Assembly (NCBI GenBank): GCA_013626165.1
Contig: NDHX01000004.1
Span: 64,565-128,564, forward strand
Reading direction: 5' to 3'
Length of the DNA: 64,000 bases
DNA from: Candidatus Velesiimonas alkalicola
Lineage (GTDB): Bacteria; Omnitrophota; Gorgyraeia; Velesiimonadales; Velesiimonadaceae
The translations under genes and the position numbers were made by a program. This document shows, piece after piece, positions 10,519-22,156 of this stretch. Numbering within the stretch: the first letter of the stretch is position 1; each line of letters opens with the position of its first letter. Under the pieces are notes generated by a model. The model ran no database searches. It worked only from the letters and a program-made list of their open reading frames with translations, and was not told where the DNA came from.

Positions 10519-11025
10519 ATGTTTTGTCAGGTATGCGGGAAAAAAACTGCAACAGTTCATGTTACTGAAATAATAAATGACAAGCCCAAAGAACAGCATC
10601 TGTGTCAGAACTGTGCGGCAAAAAAAAATATTACATCAGAGGCACTTGCTACACTTCTTGCAGGACTTCTGGATATTGAAAAAACTTTTGAAAAAAAAGA
10701 AGGTGTCTTAATAAAATGTCAGATATGTCATCTTACGCAGGAAGATTTTAGAAAAAAAGGTATGCTTGGATGTTCCAAATGTTATGAGACATTTCAAAAA
10801 ATACTCAGTCCATTATTAAAAAAAATACATGGGGCAGACCAGCATAGGGGCAAGGCACCCTCAGGGGGTGTTGTTCCCACACAAACCATAGAAAATCAGA
10901 TAGCAATGTTAAAAGAAAGGTTAGAAACTGCAATCCAGACAGAACAGTTTGAAGAAGCAGCAAGGATCAGGGACGAAATAAAAACACTTACCCAATCTGT
11001 TAAGTCTAAAGAGCCTGTTGCATAA
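10519..11025 (+). CDS. mcsA: McsA-like protein (CxxC motifs plus UVR domain)
   Basis: Four CxxC motifs, LLKKIHG..HRGKAP, EQFEEAARIRDEI. Confidence 0.85.
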   Translation: MFCQVCGKKTATVHVTEIINDKPKEQHLCQNCAAKKNITSEALATLLAGLLDIEKTFEKKEGVLIKCQICHLTQEDFRKKGMLGCSKCYETFQKILSPLLKKIHGADQHRGKAPSGGVVPTQTIENQIAMLKERLETAIQTEQFEEAARIRDEIKTLTQSVKSKEPVA

Positions 11026-11067
11026 CCAGAGCACCAGTGCACCAGCGCACCAGTGCACCAGAACACC
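11025..11067 (+). repeat. (N)GCACCAG octamer tandem array
   Basis: About 5 units immediately after the mcsA stop codon. Confidence 0.85.
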
Positions 11068-11111
11068 CCACCCTCAAAAAAAACAAATAAAAAGTAGTAT
11101 ATTCCAGAAAA

Positions 11112-11140
11112 TTGACAATGTTCTACTTTGGTGGTATGAT
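11112..11140 (+). promoter_or_regulatory. sigma70-type promoter directly before ispE
   Basis: TTGACA-N17-TATGAT, 8 nt before the ATG. Confidence 0.6.
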
Positions 11141-11148
11141 TATGCAAA

Positions 11149-12015
11149 ATGAAAATAAAAATTTTTGCACCGGCAAAGATAAACCTTTTTTTAAAAATTA
11201 GAAATAAAAGAAAAAACAGTTATTATAACCTTCAAACAGTTTTCCATTCAATAGGATTGTTTGATATAATTACCTTAAAACGAATACAGAAAGGGATAGA
11301 TTTTACAAGTTCAGGTATTAAGTGTCCCGGACTTTCTTCAAATATTGTTGTAAAGGCTGCAAGGATTTTAAAAAAGTGGAATAATGTCCAAAAAGGTGTT
11401 CATATCCATCTTCATAAAAGTATTCCAGTCGGAAGAGGATTGGGGGGCGGTTCATCAGATGCGGCATCTGTTCTTTTGGGTTTAAATACTCTTTGGGGCT
11501 TAAAAATAGATAGAAAAGAACTGATAGGTATAGCAAAAAAATTAGGTGCTGATGTTCCTTTTTTTATAACAGGTTATACCTGTGCTCAAGCAACAGGCAC
11601 AGGCGATATATTGACACCCATAAAAGCTGGTTGTAGTATATGGTATATCTTGCTTGATCCGGGGATAAATATTTCTACAAAAAAAATATTTCAAGAATGG
11701 GATAAACAAAAAAAGAAGGTTCATATAAGAGGAAATTTGTCTGATATTTCTAGTGCGGTTTCTAATGGAGATTTTAAGAGTATCTGTAGATTAATGGGGA
11801 ATGACTTTTTATTCTATATCCATACCAATAGGATAATATATAATGCATATAATTATTTTAAACTTCAAATTTCTAATGTATCCATAACAGGAAGCGGTAG
11901 TTGTTTGTTCACCATATGCAATAACAAACAACAGGCATTAAAAATCTTAAAAAAAATAAAAAAACAATCTTTATATAAAACATATCTTGTAAAAGGATTA
12001 GAAGACAGTAGGTAG
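11149..12015 (+). CDS. ispE: 4-diphosphocytidyl-2-C-methyl-D-erythritol kinase
   Basis: APAKINLFL, KSIPVGRGLGGGSSDAA, LGADVPFF, TGSGS. Confidence 0.93.
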   Translation: MKIKIFAPAKINLFLKIRNKRKNSYYNLQTVFHSIGLFDIITLKRIQKGIDFTSSGIKCPGLSSNIVVKAARILKKWNNVQKGVHIHLHKSIPVGRGLGGGSSDAASVLLGLNTLWGLKIDRKELIGIAKKLGADVPFFITGYTCAQATGTGDILTPIKAGCSIWYILLDPGINISTKKIFQEWDKQKKKVHIRGNLSDISSAVSNGDFKSICRLMGNDFLFYIHTNRIIYNAYNYFKLQISNVSITGSGSCLFTICNNKQQALKILKKIKKQSLYKTYLVKGLEDSR

Positions 12016-12038
12016 TAGGTAGTAGGTAGTAGATAGGG
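12008..12038 (+). repeat. TAGGTAG heptamer tandem repeat
   Basis: GTAGGTAGTAGGTAGTAGGTAGTAGATAGG; similar tract near 26070-26096. Confidence 0.7.
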
Positions 12039-12044
12039 GAATGG

Positions 12045-13157
12045 ATGGCGGATAAAATATACAATATTGCTGTTATAGGGGGAGATGGGACAGGACCTGA
12101 GGTTGTACGGGAAGGTAAAAAGGTTCTGGATGCTGTCTGTTCAAGGTTCGGATTTAATCTAAATTATATAGAATATGATTTTGGTGGGGAAAGATATCTA
12201 AAAACAGGGGAGGCGTTTGCGTCTTCTGCAATTGATGACTTAAAAAAAACAGATGCAATATATTTAGGTGCCATAGGACATCCTGATGTAAGGCCCGGCA
12301 TACTTGAAAGGGGCATACTATTAAAAATAAGATTTGAATTGGACCAGTATATAAACATAAGACCCGTAAAACTGTATGATGAGAGATTTACGCCTCTAAA
12401 AGACAAAACTCCGAAAGACATAGATTTTATTGTTGTAAGAGAAAACACAGAGGGACTATATACAGGAATGGGTGGAGTTCAATATAAGGGAACGCAACAG
12501 GAGGTATCAACACAGGTTCATTGCACAACAAGGTTTGGGGCAGAAAGAGCCATAAGATATGCTTTTGAGGTTTGCAAGGCAAGGCATTTAAAGAAGATGT
12601 GGCAGGGGCTCTCTGATGATGAGAAAAAGCAGGGTTTCAAGGGCAAGGTTCATCTTGTTGCAAAAACAAATGTTTTAACCTTTGTTCATGATACCTGGTG
12701 GAGGGCATTTAATGAGGTTGGAGAAAAAAATTATCCCGATATAAAAACAGACTATGCACATGTGGATGCCACAGCAATGTGGCTTGTGAAAAATCCCGAG
12801 TGGTTTGATGTGATTGTAACAGAGAATATGTTTGGAGACATTATAACTGACCTTGGTGCTATGATTCAGGGTGGGATGGGTATCGCAGCCGGCGGCAATA
12901 TAAACCCTAAAGGTATATCTATGTTTGAACCTATAGGTGGTTCTGCGCCAAAATATACCGGTAAAAATATTATAAATCCGCTTGCTGCAATATGTGCAGC
13001 TGGTATGATGCTTGAAAATTTAGGAGAAATCCAATCTGCACAGGCAATAGAAAACTCTGTAATAAAAGTCGTGAGAGAAAAATTAAAAAGTCTTGCAGCA
13101 GGAAAAATGGGATATTCAACAACAGAAGTCGGAGATATGATTGCTAAATTTATTTGA
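12045..13157 (+). CDS. leuB: 3-isopropylmalate dehydrogenase
   Basis: [36 protein letters not shown]. Confidence 0.88.
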   Translation: MADKIYNIAVIGGDGTGPEVVREGKKVLDAVCSRFGFNLNYIEYDFGGERYLKTGEAFASSAIDDLKKTDAIYLGAIGHPDVRPGILERGILLKIRFELDQYINIRPVKLYDERFTPLKDKTPKDIDFIVVRENTEGLYTGMGGVQYKGTQQEVSTQVHCTTRFGAERAIRYAFEVCKARHLKKMWQGLSDDEKKQGFKGKVHLVAKTNVLTFVHDTWWRAFNEVGEKNYPDIKTDYAHVDATAMWLVKNPEWFDVIVTENMFGDIITDLGAMIQGGMGIAAGGNINPKGISMFEPIGGSAPKYTGKNIINPLAAICAAGMMLENLGEIQSAQAIENSVIKVVREKLKSLAAGKMGYSTTEVGDMIAKFI

Positions 13158-13159
13158 AT

Positions 13160-13777
13160 ATGCCTCTTATAAAAGATATAATGCTTGCTTCAATTTCTGT
13201 GTTCGTAGCGGTTGATGCCATCGGGGTGCTTCCAATATACATTGGACTTACAGAAGGGTTGTCATCTCAACAGAGAAAGGAACTTCTCAAGAACTCTGTT
13301 CTTACTGCACTTGTGGTAGCATTAGGATTTCTTTTTGCAGGGAAAATCCTTTTGAGTTTTCTCAGAATAACAATTTCAGATTTTATGGTTGCAGGAGGAG
13401 CGGTTCTTTTTATCTTTGCTATGAGGGATCTACTTAAGACAGATGAAAGAAACAGGCATATAACCGATATCCAACCAGGCACCACCAGTGGTACCGGGTT
13501 GGGTGTTGTGCCCATAGGTGTGCCTCTTATCGTGGGCCCTGCTGTTTTAACAACAGTGCTTCTTTGTATAGATGTGTATGGTTATGTTGCTACATTGGTT
13601 GCAGTGCTTTTAAATATCTTTTTTGCAGGGTTTGTATTTCTATCTTCAAGCACAATAATAAGATTTTTAGGTAAGAGCGGGGTAAGAGCAATATCAAAAA
13701 TAGCCAGTCTTTTTCTTGCATCAATTGCTGTTATGCTTATAAGAAGAGGGATTCAAACAATGATAAGGACTCTATAA
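13160..13777 (+). CDS. MarC-family membrane protein
   Basis: Six hydrophobic segments; VPIGVPLIVGPA motif. Confidence 0.88.
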   Translation: MPLIKDIMLASISVFVAVDAIGVLPIYIGLTEGLSSQQRKELLKNSVLTALVVALGFLFAGKILLSFLRITISDFMVAGGAVLFIFAMRDLLKTDERNRHITDIQPGTTSGTGLGVVPIGVPLIVGPAVLTTVLLCIDVYGYVATLVAVLLNIFFAGFVFLSSSTIIRFLGKSGVRAISKIASLFLASIAVMLIRRGIQTMIRTL

Positions 13778-13793
13778 GAAAAGGAAGAAAAAT

Positions 13794-14150
13794 ATGACAG
13801 ACCTTTTATCGCAGATAAATCAAATATCAGACCCTAAAAATCTGACTGATATTGAAAAAAAACATACACCTGTTATAACAGCGCCTGATTTTATAAAACC
13901 GGAACAACCTATAACAGTTATCATTGAAGTAGGTAGGCTGGCTTCGCATCCAAACGAGATAAATCACTTTATAGGATTCATAGAACTCTACCAGAACGAT
14001 GTTTTTATCGCAAGAGTTGATATGTCCCCTTCCAGAATAAATCCGAAAGTAATATTTGAGATAATACCAAAATATCCTGGAATGTTAAAAGTAATTGCAG
14101 GTTGCAATATTCACGGTGTATGGCAGGCAACAAAAGATTTGACATTGTAG
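13794..14150 (+). CDS. Superoxide reductase (neelaredoxin-type)
   Basis: EKKHTP, HPNEINHFI and CNIHGVW iron-ligand motifs. Confidence 0.88.
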   Translation: MTDLLSQINQISDPKNLTDIEKKHTPVITAPDFIKPEQPITVIIEVGRLASHPNEINHFIGFIELYQNDVFIARVDMSPSRINPKVIFEIIPKYPGMLKVIAGCNIHGVWQATKDLTL

Positions 14151-14227
14151 TACTTAAAAAGGTGCACCAGCGCACCAGAGCACCAGAGCACCAGGGCAAC
14201 AAAAGATTTGACATTGTAGTACTTAAA
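14126..14227 (+). repeat. 33-bp exact direct repeat flanking four GCACCAG units
   Basis: GGCAACAAAAGATTTGACATTGTAGTACTTAAA at 14126-14158 and 14195-14227. Confidence 0.9.
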
Positions 14228-14252
14228 GAGCGCATTGCATAATTACTCATAG

Positions 14253-14365
14253 AACTGGTGTTCTGGTGTCTGGCGCACTGGTGTCTGGTGCTCTGGTGCT
14301 CTGGTGCCCTGGTGCCCTGGTGCTCTGGTGCCCTGGTGCCCTGGTGCCCTGGTGTCTGGTGCTCT
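14253..14365 (-). repeat. CTGGTGC(N) octamer array, about 14 units
   Basis: Tandem CTGGTGCC/CTGGTGCT/CTGGTGT units upstream of the ATPase B gene. Confidence 0.92.
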
Positions 14366-14388
14366 AAAAGGCAGGAAGGTGAGTTAAA

Positions 14389-15780
14389 ATGTCTGATCCA
14401 CTGTTAAAGGAATACATAAGTATCTCAGAGATTGTAGGCCCACTGGTCTTGATAGAGGGTGTTGAAGGAGTAAAATACGGGGAGATTGCAAATTTTATTC
14501 TTCCTGATGCTCAGATAAGAACAGGGAAAGTGTTGGAGGTTAGTTATGATAAGGCTCTTGTTCAGGTTTTTGAAGGAACAAGAGGAATGGACATTGGAAC
14601 GAGCAGGATAAGATTTTTAGGAAAAGGTATAACATTTGGTGTCTCTGCTGATATTGTTGGAAGAATATTTGACGGTATGGGAAGACCTAAGGATAAAGGA
14701 AAAAGTCCTATACCAGACAGGCGGGCTGATATAAATGGGAATCCTATAAATCCTCGGTCGCGGGATTATCCTTCAGAATTTATACAAACCGGAATCTCTG
14801 CAATAGACGGACTTAATACACTTGTAAGAGGACAGAAACTTCCGATATTCTCAGGTTCAGGGTTGCCGCATTCCAATATTGCCGCTCAGGTTGCAAGACA
14901 ATCAAAAGTTTTAGATGAACAGGGAAGCTTTGCAGTTGTATTCGGTGCAATAGGTATAACATTTGAAGAAGCAGAGTTTTTTATATCAGACTTTAACCGA
15001 ACAGGTGCCATAGAAAGGGCTGTTCTTTTTATAAATCTTGCAGATGAGCCGGCCATAGAAAGGATTTCAACCCCTCGGATGGCATTAACGACCGCTGAAT
15101 ATTTAGCATTTGAACTTGATATGCATGTTCTTGTAATACTTACAGACATCACATTTTATTGTGAAGCACTAAGAGAAGTGTCTGCTGCAAGAAAGGAGAT
15201 ACCGGGAAGGAGGGGGTATCCGGGCTATCTTTATACAGACCTTGCCACACTGTATGAAAGAGCGGGGCGTTTAAAGGAAAAAAAAGGTTCAATAACACTT
15301 ATCCCTGTTCTTACAATGCCTGATGATGACAAGACACATCCCATACCCGATCTTACAGGTTACATCACAGAAGGACAGATTATGGTAAGCCGTTCTCTTC
15401 ACAGAAAAGGTGTATATCCGCCCATAGATGTGCTTCCCAGTCTTTCCAGATTAAGAGACAAGGGCATAGGAAAGGAAAAGACAAGAGAGGACCATCCGGA
15501 TGTTGCCAACCAACTATTTGCATGCTATGCAAGAGGCAAAGAGGCAAAAGAGCTTGCGATCATACTCGGCGAATCTGCGCTTTCAGATATAGACAAACTG
15601 TACTCTTCTTTTGCGGACGAATTTGAAGAAAAATTTATCCGACAAGGGCAAGATGAAGAAAGAACCATAAGTAAGACACTTGATACAGGATGGAAAATTT
15701 TAAACAAACTTCCCAAGGGAGAATTAAAGCGCATCAGGATAGAGTGTCTTGACAAATATTATAAAGAGTCTGTTGTATAA
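14389..15780 (+). CDS. ntpB: V/A-type ATP synthase subunit B
   Basis: [68 protein letters not shown]. Confidence 0.95.
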   Translation: MSDPLLKEYISISEIVGPLVLIEGVEGVKYGEIANFILPDAQIRTGKVLEVSYDKALVQVFEGTRGMDIGTSRIRFLGKGITFGVSADIVGRIFDGMGRPKDKGKSPIPDRRADINGNPINPRSRDYPSEFIQTGISAIDGLNTLVRGQKLPIFSGSGLPHSNIAAQVARQSKVLDEQGSFAVVFGAIGITFEEAEFFISDFNRTGAIERAVLFINLADEPAIERISTPRMALTTAEYLAFELDMHVLVILTDITFYCEALREVSAARKEIPGRRGYPGYLYTDLATLYERAGRLKEKKGSITLIPVLTMPDDDKTHPIPDLTGYITEGQIMVSRSLHRKGVYPPIDVLPSLSRLRDKGIGKEKTREDHPDVANQLFACYARGKEAKELAIILGESALSDIDKLYSSFADEFEEKFIRQGQDEERTISKTLDTGWKILNKLPKGELKRIRIECLDKYYKESVV

Positions 15781-15794
15781 TTCCAATAGAACAG

Positions 15795-15896
15795 ACACCA
15801 GTGCACCAGACACCAGGGCACCAGTGCACCTGAGCACCAGAGCACCAGTGCGCCAGACACCAGGGCACCAGACACCAATGCACCAGAACACCAGTT
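15795..15896 (+). repeat. (N)GCACCAG octamer array, about 13 units, inverted relative to 14253-14365
   Basis: Tandem GCACCAG/ACACCAG units; last 16 nt are the exact reverse complement of 14253-14268. Confidence 0.92.
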
Positions 15897-15980
15897 TATA
15901 CCGATGTCTGTTCCCATTCCCATACAACACTCAAATCCCCTTGCCTTTTTAAAAATACATAATAAAATAGTATTTGTAGA

Positions 15981-17108
15981 ATGCCAAAGAATGCAATACT
16001 TGCACTTGAATCGGGTAAGACTTTTGAAGGTTTATCTTTTGGATGTGAAGGTGAAGCCTACGGAGAAGTAGTTTTTAATACAAGCATCACAGGTTATCAG
16101 GAAATTCTTACAGATCCCTCCTATTATGGTCAGATAGTCTGTATGACCTATCCTCTTATCGGTAATTACGGTGTTAATTCAATTGATGTAGAATCGGAAA
16201 AGCCGCAGGTCCAAGGCTTTATAATAAAAGAACTTTCTCTGCTGTCTTCAAACTTTAGACAGGAAAAAACATTACAGGAGTATTTTGTTGAAAATAAGGT
16301 TCTTGGGATACAGGGAATAGATACGAGGGAACTTACCATACACTTGCGCCGTTCAGGCTCAAAAAAAGGGGTTATCTCAACAATAGACCTGAACAGAAAA
16401 AGCCTTATTGAAAAGGCTAAAAAAAGCCCTGGTATTGTGGGAATAGACCTTGTCCAAGAAGTAACCTGTCAGAAGCCTTACACCTGGGAAGAGCCAGTTT
16501 GTGATATAGGAGGTCCTATTGTAAAATCTTTTGAAAAAAAACTTACAGTGGTTGTGCTTGACTGCGGTACAAAAAGAAATATTTTGAGACTGCTTGTAAC
16601 AAGAGGATGCCATACCATTGTTGTTCCAGCTTCTACCGATTATAAACAAATTCAAGATAAAAATCCGGATGGTGTTTTACTTTCAAATGGCCCCGGAGAT
16701 CCTGCGGCTATTCCATATGTGGTAGAGACTGTAAAGAATCTGGTGGGTAAAGTTCCGATATTTGGCATTTGTCTTGGCCATCAGATACTTGGGCTTGCGT
16801 TTGGCGGAAAAACATATAAACTAAAATTTGGACACAGGGGGGCAAATCAGCCTGTGATGAACCTTAAAACAGGAAAAGTTGAAATCACAAGTCAAAATCA
16901 TGGTTTTGCGGTTGATACACAGTCTATTAAAGATAATGATGTGGAACTTACACATATAAATCTTAATGATAAAACATCAGAAGGATTAAGACACAAGAGT
17001 TTACCTGTTTTTTCTGTTCAGTATCATCCCGAGGCCTCTCCGGGCCCTCAGGATTCAAATTATCTGTTTGATGAATTTATAAAATTATGCCTAAAAAAAC
17101 TGATATAA
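15981..17108 (+). CDS. carA: Carbamoyl-phosphate synthase small subunit
   Basis: [38 protein letters not shown]. Confidence 0.97.
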   Translation: MPKNAILALESGKTFEGLSFGCEGEAYGEVVFNTSITGYQEILTDPSYYGQIVCMTYPLIGNYGVNSIDVESEKPQVQGFIIKELSLLSSNFRQEKTLQEYFVENKVLGIQGIDTRELTIHLRRSGSKKGVISTIDLNRKSLIEKAKKSPGIVGIDLVQEVTCQKPYTWEEPVCDIGGPIVKSFEKKLTVVVLDCGTKRNILRLLVTRGCHTIVVPASTDYKQIQDKNPDGVLLSNGPGDPAAIPYVVETVKNLVGKVPIFGICLGHQILGLAFGGKTYKLKFGHRGANQPVMNLKTGKVEITSQNHGFAVDTQSIKDNDVELTHINLNDKTSEGLRHKSLPVFSVQYHPEASPGPQDSNYLFDEFIKLCLKKLI

Positions 17109-20100
17109 AAAAAGTTCTTCTTATCGGCTCAGGCCCTATTATCATAGGGCAGGCTTGTGAGTTTGATTATTCGGGGACACAGGCCTGCAAGGCACTTCGT
17201 GAAGAAGGTATTAAGGTTGTTCTTATTAATTCAAATCCTGCAACCATTATGACAGACCCTGAATTTGCAGACTCAACATACATAGAGCCCATCACTGCGG
17301 AGTTTGTAGAAAAAATAATAGAAAAAGAAATGCCCGATGCACTTCTTCCAACACTCGGGGGGCAGACCGCTTTAAATGTTTCTGTTCAGGTTGCAGAAAA
17401 AGGTGTGCTTGAAAAATATAATGTAAAAATGATAGGTGCATCTTTGCAGGCTATAAAAAAAGCAGAAGACAGAGACCTTTTCAAGAAAGCAATGAAAAAC
17501 ATAGGACTTGAATTGCCCAAAAGTTCATATGTAAAAAACATTGAAACCGCAAGAGAAGTACTTAAAGAGATAAATCTTCCTGTTGTTATAAGGCCTTCAT
17601 TTACTCTCGGAGGAACAGGTGGAGGAATAGCCTATAATATAGATGAGTTTGAACAGGTTGTAGCCCTTGGGCTTTCTCTTAGTATGAATGGCACAGTACT
17701 TATAGAAGAATCCGTTGCCGGCTGGAAAGAATTTGAACTTGAGGTAATGAGGGATAAAAATGATAATGTTGTAATTATATGTTCTATAGAAAATTTTGAC
17801 CCTATGGGAGTTCATACAGGCGATTCAATTACTGTTGCACCCGCTCAGACGCTTACAGATAAGGAATATCAGAGGATGAGAAATGCAGCAATTGCCTGTA
17901 TAAGAGAGATAGGGGTTGATACAGGAGGTTCAAACATACAATTTGCAATAGATCCCAAAGATGGAAAAATGGTGGTTATAGAAATGAATCCAAGGGTTTC
18001 CCGTTCTTCTGCCTTAGCATCAAAAGCAACAGGATTTCCTATCGCAAAGATTGCTACCAAACTTGCTATCGGATATACGCTTGATGAAATACCGAATGAT
18101 ATAACAAGATACACCCCTGCCAGTTTTGAACCCACCATAGATTATTGTGTTGTAAAAGTCCCAAGGTTCACATTTGAAAAATTCCCCCTGGCGGACCAGA
18201 CACTTACAACACAAATGAAATCTGTCGGGGAAACCATGGCGATAGGAAGAACATTTAAAGAAGCACTGCAAAAGGCTTTAAGAGGACTTGAGATAGGAAG
18301 AAGTGGTCTTGAAATAAAGGGTGAAGATACAGATATTGAAAGAGTTCGCCAAAAACTTTCTATCCCTAATGCAGAAAGGATATTTTATATAAAACAGGCT
18401 ATCTGCCTTGGACTTTCAATAGATGAAATTTATAGCCTTTCCAAAATTGACAGGTGGTTTTTGGCAAACATAAAGGAAATAACAGACATTGAAAACAAAA
18501 TATCACGCCTTAAAATCCGGACAGGGACAAAATTAAAAAATTCTATATCAAGAGAAAACATGCTTCTTGCCAAAAAAAATGGTTTCAGTGACAGACAGAT
18601 CGCAAAAATTATTGGTTCTAGTGGTGAATTAAATATAAGACGCTTAAGAAAGTCACAGAAAATAAAACCGGTTTATAAACTTGTGGATACCTGTGCCGCC
18701 GAGTTTGAGGCATATACCCCTTATTATTATTCTACATATGAGACAGAGGATGAGGTAAGAGTTTCGGATAAGAAAAAAATAATGATACTCGGAGGAGGAC
18801 CCAACAGGATAGGGCAGGGGATAGAATTTGATTATTGCTGTGTTCATGCATCATTTGCTTTAAAGGAACTCGGGTATGAAATTATAATGGTAAATTCAAA
18901 CCCTGAAACGGTTTCAACCGATTATGATATATCCGATAAACTTTATTTTGAACCTCTTACATTTGAAGATGTAATGAATATATATGAAAAGGAAAAGCCG
19001 GATGGCATGATTGTTCAGTTTGGAGGACAAACGCCCCTGAACCTTACATTATCTCTTGCAAAAGCAAAGGTCCACATACTTGGTACACCTGCAGACTCTA
19101 TAGATATAGCGGAAGATAGAAAAAAATTCAGAAGGTTTCTTAATAAATTAAACCTACTACAACCTGAGAATAAGACCGCAACAACTTTGGTTGAGGCAAT
19201 CCGTGTTGCAAAAAAAATCGGATACCCTGTTCTGATAAGACCTTCTTATGTTCTTGGCGGAAGGGCTATGGAGATTGTGTATGACGATGAACAGATTCGT
19301 GAATATATGAAAAAAGCCATTGATGTATCTGATGAAAAGCCTGTACTTATAGATAAATTTCTTGAGGATGCAATAGAGGTAGATGTGGATATGGTAGGAG
19401 ATGGAAAAAATTTCTGTATAGGAGGTATACTTGAACATATTGAAGATGCAGGTGTTCATTCAGGGGATGCTGCAATGGTTTTGCCCCCACACACATTGGC
19501 AGATGAGATAATAAATAAAATAACAGGTGCGACATATGTAATGGCAAGGGCGCTCTGTATCAAAGGACTTATGAATGTTCAGTTTGCAGTCAAGGGAGAT
19601 ATGGTGTATGTACTTGAAGTTAATCCGAGGGCATCCAGAACAGTTCCGTTTGTATCAAAAGCAATAGGTATTCCTCTTGCAAAAATTGCAGCAAAAATTA
19701 TGGTAGGCAAAACATTAAAAGAATCGGGGTTTTCCCAAGGAAAACAAATGGATTATTTTTGCGTGAAAGAAACTGTATTCCCGTTCACAAAGTTCAGGGG
19801 AGTTGATATACTTCTTGGGCCCGAGATGCGTTCAACGGGTGAAGTGATGGGAATCAATAAAAATTTTGGAAAAGCATTCCTTAAATCACAAATTGCAGCA
19901 GGACAGAAAATTCCTTCAACAGGCACAGTATTTATAAGCGTAAGCAACAGAGACAAACGTGACATACCCGCAGTTGCAAGAAGATTTTATGATATGGGGT
20001 TTAAAATTGTTTCAACGGCTGGAACAGCAAAGGTATTAAAAAATGCAAATATACCTGTTCAAGAAATCTGGAAGGTTCAGGAAGGAAGACCCAATGTTCT

Positions 20101-20350
20101 TGATTTGATGAAAAATAACCAGATACATCTTGTTGTAAATACACCGTCGGGTAAAATACCGAGGAACCATGAGGCTATGATAAGGTCTCTTGCTGTGACA
20201 TTAGGGATTCCCACATTTACAACAGTTGCAGGTGCATCGGCTTGTGCCTCTGGTATATATGAGACAAGAAACACTGTTGCAGATGTTTGTTCTTTGCAAG
20301 AATATTACCTGTTGAACTCTCGCAGACAGAGACAGGCAGGTAAAATGTGA
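17087..20350 (+). CDS. carB: Carbamoyl-phosphate synthase large subunit
   Basis: [17 protein letters not shown], duplicated ATP-grasp domains, C-terminal MGS domain. Confidence 0.97.
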   Translation: MPKKTDIKKVLLIGSGPIIIGQACEFDYSGTQACKALREEGIKVVLINSNPATIMTDPEFADSTYIEPITAEFVEKIIEKEMPDALLPTLGGQTALNVSVQVAEKGVLEKYNVKMIGASLQAIKKAEDRDLFKKAMKNIGLELPKSSYVKNIETAREVLKEINLPVVIRPSFTLGGTGGGIAYNIDEFEQVVALGLSLSMNGTVLIEESVAGWKEFELEVMRDKNDNVVIICSIENFDPMGVHTGDSITVAPAQTLTDKEYQRMRNAAIACIREIGVDTGGSNIQFAIDPKDGKMVVIEMNPRVSRSSALASKATGFPIAKIATKLAIGYTLDEIPNDITRYTPASFEPTIDYCVVKVPRFTFEKFPLADQTLTTQMKSVGETMAIGRTFKEALQKALRGLEIGRSGLEIKGEDTDIERVRQKLSIPNAERIFYIKQAICLGLSIDEIYSLSKIDRWFLANIKEITDIENKISRLKIRTGTKLKNSISRENMLLAKKNGFSDRQIAKIIGSSGELNIRRLRKSQKIKPVYKLVDTCAAEFEAYTPYYYSTYETEDEVRVSDKKKIMILGGGPNRIGQGIEFDYCCVHASFALKELGYEIIMVNSNPETVSTDYDISDKLYFEPLTFEDVMNIYEKEKPDGMIVQFGGQTPLNLTLSLAKAKVHILGTPADSIDIAEDRKKFRRFLNKLNLLQPENKTATTLVEAIRVAKKIGYPVLIRPSYVLGGRAMEIVYDDEQIREYMKKAIDVSDEKPVLIDKFLEDAIEVDVDMVGDGKNFCIGGILEHIEDAGVHSGDAAMVLPPHTLADEIINKITGATYVMARALCIKGLMNVQFAVKGDMVYVLEVNPRASRTVPFVSKAIGIPLAKIAAKIMVGKTLKESGFSQGKQMDYFCVKETVFPFTKFRGVDILLGPEMRSTGEVMGINKNFGKAFLKSQIAAGQKIPSTGTVFISVSNRDKRDIPAVARRFYDMGFKIVSTAGTAKVLKNANIPVQEIWKVQEGRPNVLDLMKNNQIHLVVNTPSGKIPRNHEAMIRSLAVTLGIPTFTTVAGASACASGIYETRNTVADVCSLQEYYLLNSRRQRQAGKM

Positions 20351-20955
20351 AAGTCTCTAAACTGTTCATTAAAACAATCTGTGTAGGTCCTCTTGGAACA
20401 AACTGTTATTTGGTTGCAGATAAAGAAACAGGACAGGCAATAATTATTGACCCGGGCTCAGATGCAGATGTAATAAAAAAACAAGTCTTAAACTTAAAAC
20501 TGTCCGTTATTGCCATTGTCAATACACATGGACATATAGACCATATTGGAGCAAACCCTGAGTTTGATTATCCCGTATGGATTCACAAAGATGATGCGCA
20601 GTGTTTAACAGACTCAGATTCAAACCTTTCATATTCTTTCCTCGGTTCATTTTTTCGGTCAAGAAAACCATCTAAGATTCTTGAAGATGAAGATATTATA
20701 AGTGTTGGTAGCATAAATTTAAAATGCATACACACGCCTGGACATACACCAGGAAGTATGTGTCTTTATACAGAAGGAAGTCTGTTCAGCGGCGATACAC
20801 TTTTTAAGAAAGGGGTGGGCAGAACAGACCTGCTGGGCGGTTCACAAAAGCAATTAGAAATCTCTATAAGAGAAAAACTTTTTGTTTTATCAGGGCAAAC
20901 CATTGTTTGGCCAGGACATGGAGAACCCACAACGATAGCAGATGAGATGGAATAA
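20347..20955 (+). CDS. MBL-fold metallo-hydrolase (glyoxalase II-like)
   Basis: [27 protein letters not shown]. Confidence 0.9.
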   Translation: MKVSKLFIKTICVGPLGTNCYLVADKETGQAIIIDPGSDADVIKKQVLNLKLSVIAIVNTHGHIDHIGANPEFDYPVWIHKDDAQCLTDSDSNLSYSFLGSFFRSRKPSKILEDEDIISVGSINLKCIHTPGHTPGSMCLYTEGSLFSGDTLFKKGVGRTDLLGGSQKQLEISIREKLFVLSGQTIVWPGHGEPTTIADEME

Positions 20956-20960
20956 GGAAC

Positions 20961-21029
20961 CCGTATTCTGCTATCCGTATGTTGTCGCCCGTTTTTTACA
21001 GAATACAGAATATGGAATACAGACGACGG
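20961..21029. repeat. CCGTATT/GAATACA heptamer hairpin
   Basis: Same unit family as 911-989. Confidence 0.6.
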
Positions 21030-21095
21030 TTTTTATTATGAGATACTGGCAGAGAACTGGTAATATCAAAATTTTTGCAACAGGTTCCATAAATT

Positions 21096-21677
21096 ATGTT
21101 TAAAAATCTTGCAAATATTCTTACTTTGTTAAGAATTGTGTGTGCATTTTTTTTTATATGGTTTGTTCTAAAACAGACCCTTTTTTTTAATTTTCTTGCT
21201 ATGTGTATTTTTATTATAGCGGGTATTTCTGATTATTTAGATGGTTTTATTGCAAGAAGGACCAATGCAATCAGCGGTTTTGGAAAATTGCTTGACCCTG
21301 TGGCAGATAAAATTTTTGTACTTGGAGCATTTATTTCATTTGTCAGGCTTTCTATAGTTCCGGTCTGGGTAGTTGTAGTAATAATATTCAGAGAACTTTT
21401 AGTAACTGGTTTAAGAGTTTTTGCCGCGTACAATGGAAAACTTATACCAGCAGAAATTTCAGGTAAACATAAAACAGCCTGGCAGATGGGAGTTATTTTC
21501 TTTATACTGTTATGGCTTTTATTGGATTCTGTCCACTACAATAATGTCAAGGGCTTTTTACAAAGTTATGAATGGTTTTTTAAAGGCTGCGTAAGCATAC
21601 TTATGTTTATTGTTCTTGTAATTACTTTATGGTCGGGATGGAAATTCCTGTGGAATAATAAAGAAATTATAGGATGA
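21096..21677 (+). CDS. pgsA: CDP-diacylglycerol--glycerol-3-phosphate 3-phosphatidyltransferase
   Basis: NILTLLR, DYLDGFIAR...FGKLLDPVADK, RELLVTGLR. Confidence 0.93.
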   Translation: MFKNLANILTLLRIVCAFFFIWFVLKQTLFFNFLAMCIFIIAGISDYLDGFIARRTNAISGFGKLLDPVADKIFVLGAFISFVRLSIVPVWVVVVIIFRELLVTGLRVFAAYNGKLIPAEISGKHKTAWQMGVIFFILLWLLLDSVHYNNVKGFLQSYEWFFKGCVSILMFIVLVITLWSGWKFLWNNKEIIG

Positions 21678-22156
21678 AAAAACTTGCGCATCTTTTTTCA
21701 ACAGTATTTTTTGCAGGATATATTCCGTTTGCTCCCGGAACTTTTGCAAGTTTAATAGGACTTTTATTTGTATATACTCTGTCAAATATCTCTGTTTTAG
21801 TCTACTTTATCATAGGTTTATTTATATTTTTTATAGGTTTTCTTTCAATAGACTTGTCTTTAAAAGATTTAAAAACAGATGACCCAAAGCAGATTGTTAT
21901 AGATGAGGTAATGGGAATATACATAACATTTTTTGCGGTTAAGAAAACATTGCCTATACTTTGTATCGGATTTTTACTTTTTAGATTTTTTGATATAACA
22001 AAGGTGTTTTATATTAAAAAATTACAAAAAATTCAAGGCACAATGGGTATAATAATTGATGATATAGTATCGGGTTTGCTTGCAAACATAATTCTTAATA
22101 TCATAAGTATTGACCTTTGTATAAATGATAAATGGGGTCAACTCTATTTTCTCTAA
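21674..22156 (+). CDS. pgpA: Phosphatidylglycerophosphatase A
   Basis: APGTFAS, DPKQIVIDEVMG, LFRFFDITK, GIIIDD. Confidence 0.9.
   Translation: MKKLAHLFSTVFFAGYIPFAPGTFASLIGLLFVYTLSNISVLVYFIIGLFIFFIGFLSIDLSLKDLKTDDPKQIVIDEVMGIYITFFAVKKTLPILCIGFLLFRFFDITKVFYIKKLQKIQGTMGIIIDDIVSGLLANIILNIISIDLCINDKWGQLYFL

Noticed and set aside
14126-14227. 33-bp repeat + 36-bp spacer + 33-bp repeat as a mini-CRISPR
   Set aside because: Only two copies; the first is the SOR coding end and the spacer is made of the local octamer repeat.
15724-15952. ORFs 15724-15930 (-) and 15749-15952 (+), also 14005-14250 (-) and 10896-11147 (-)
   Set aside because: They are translations of octamer arrays or antisense overlaps with no protein-family signal.
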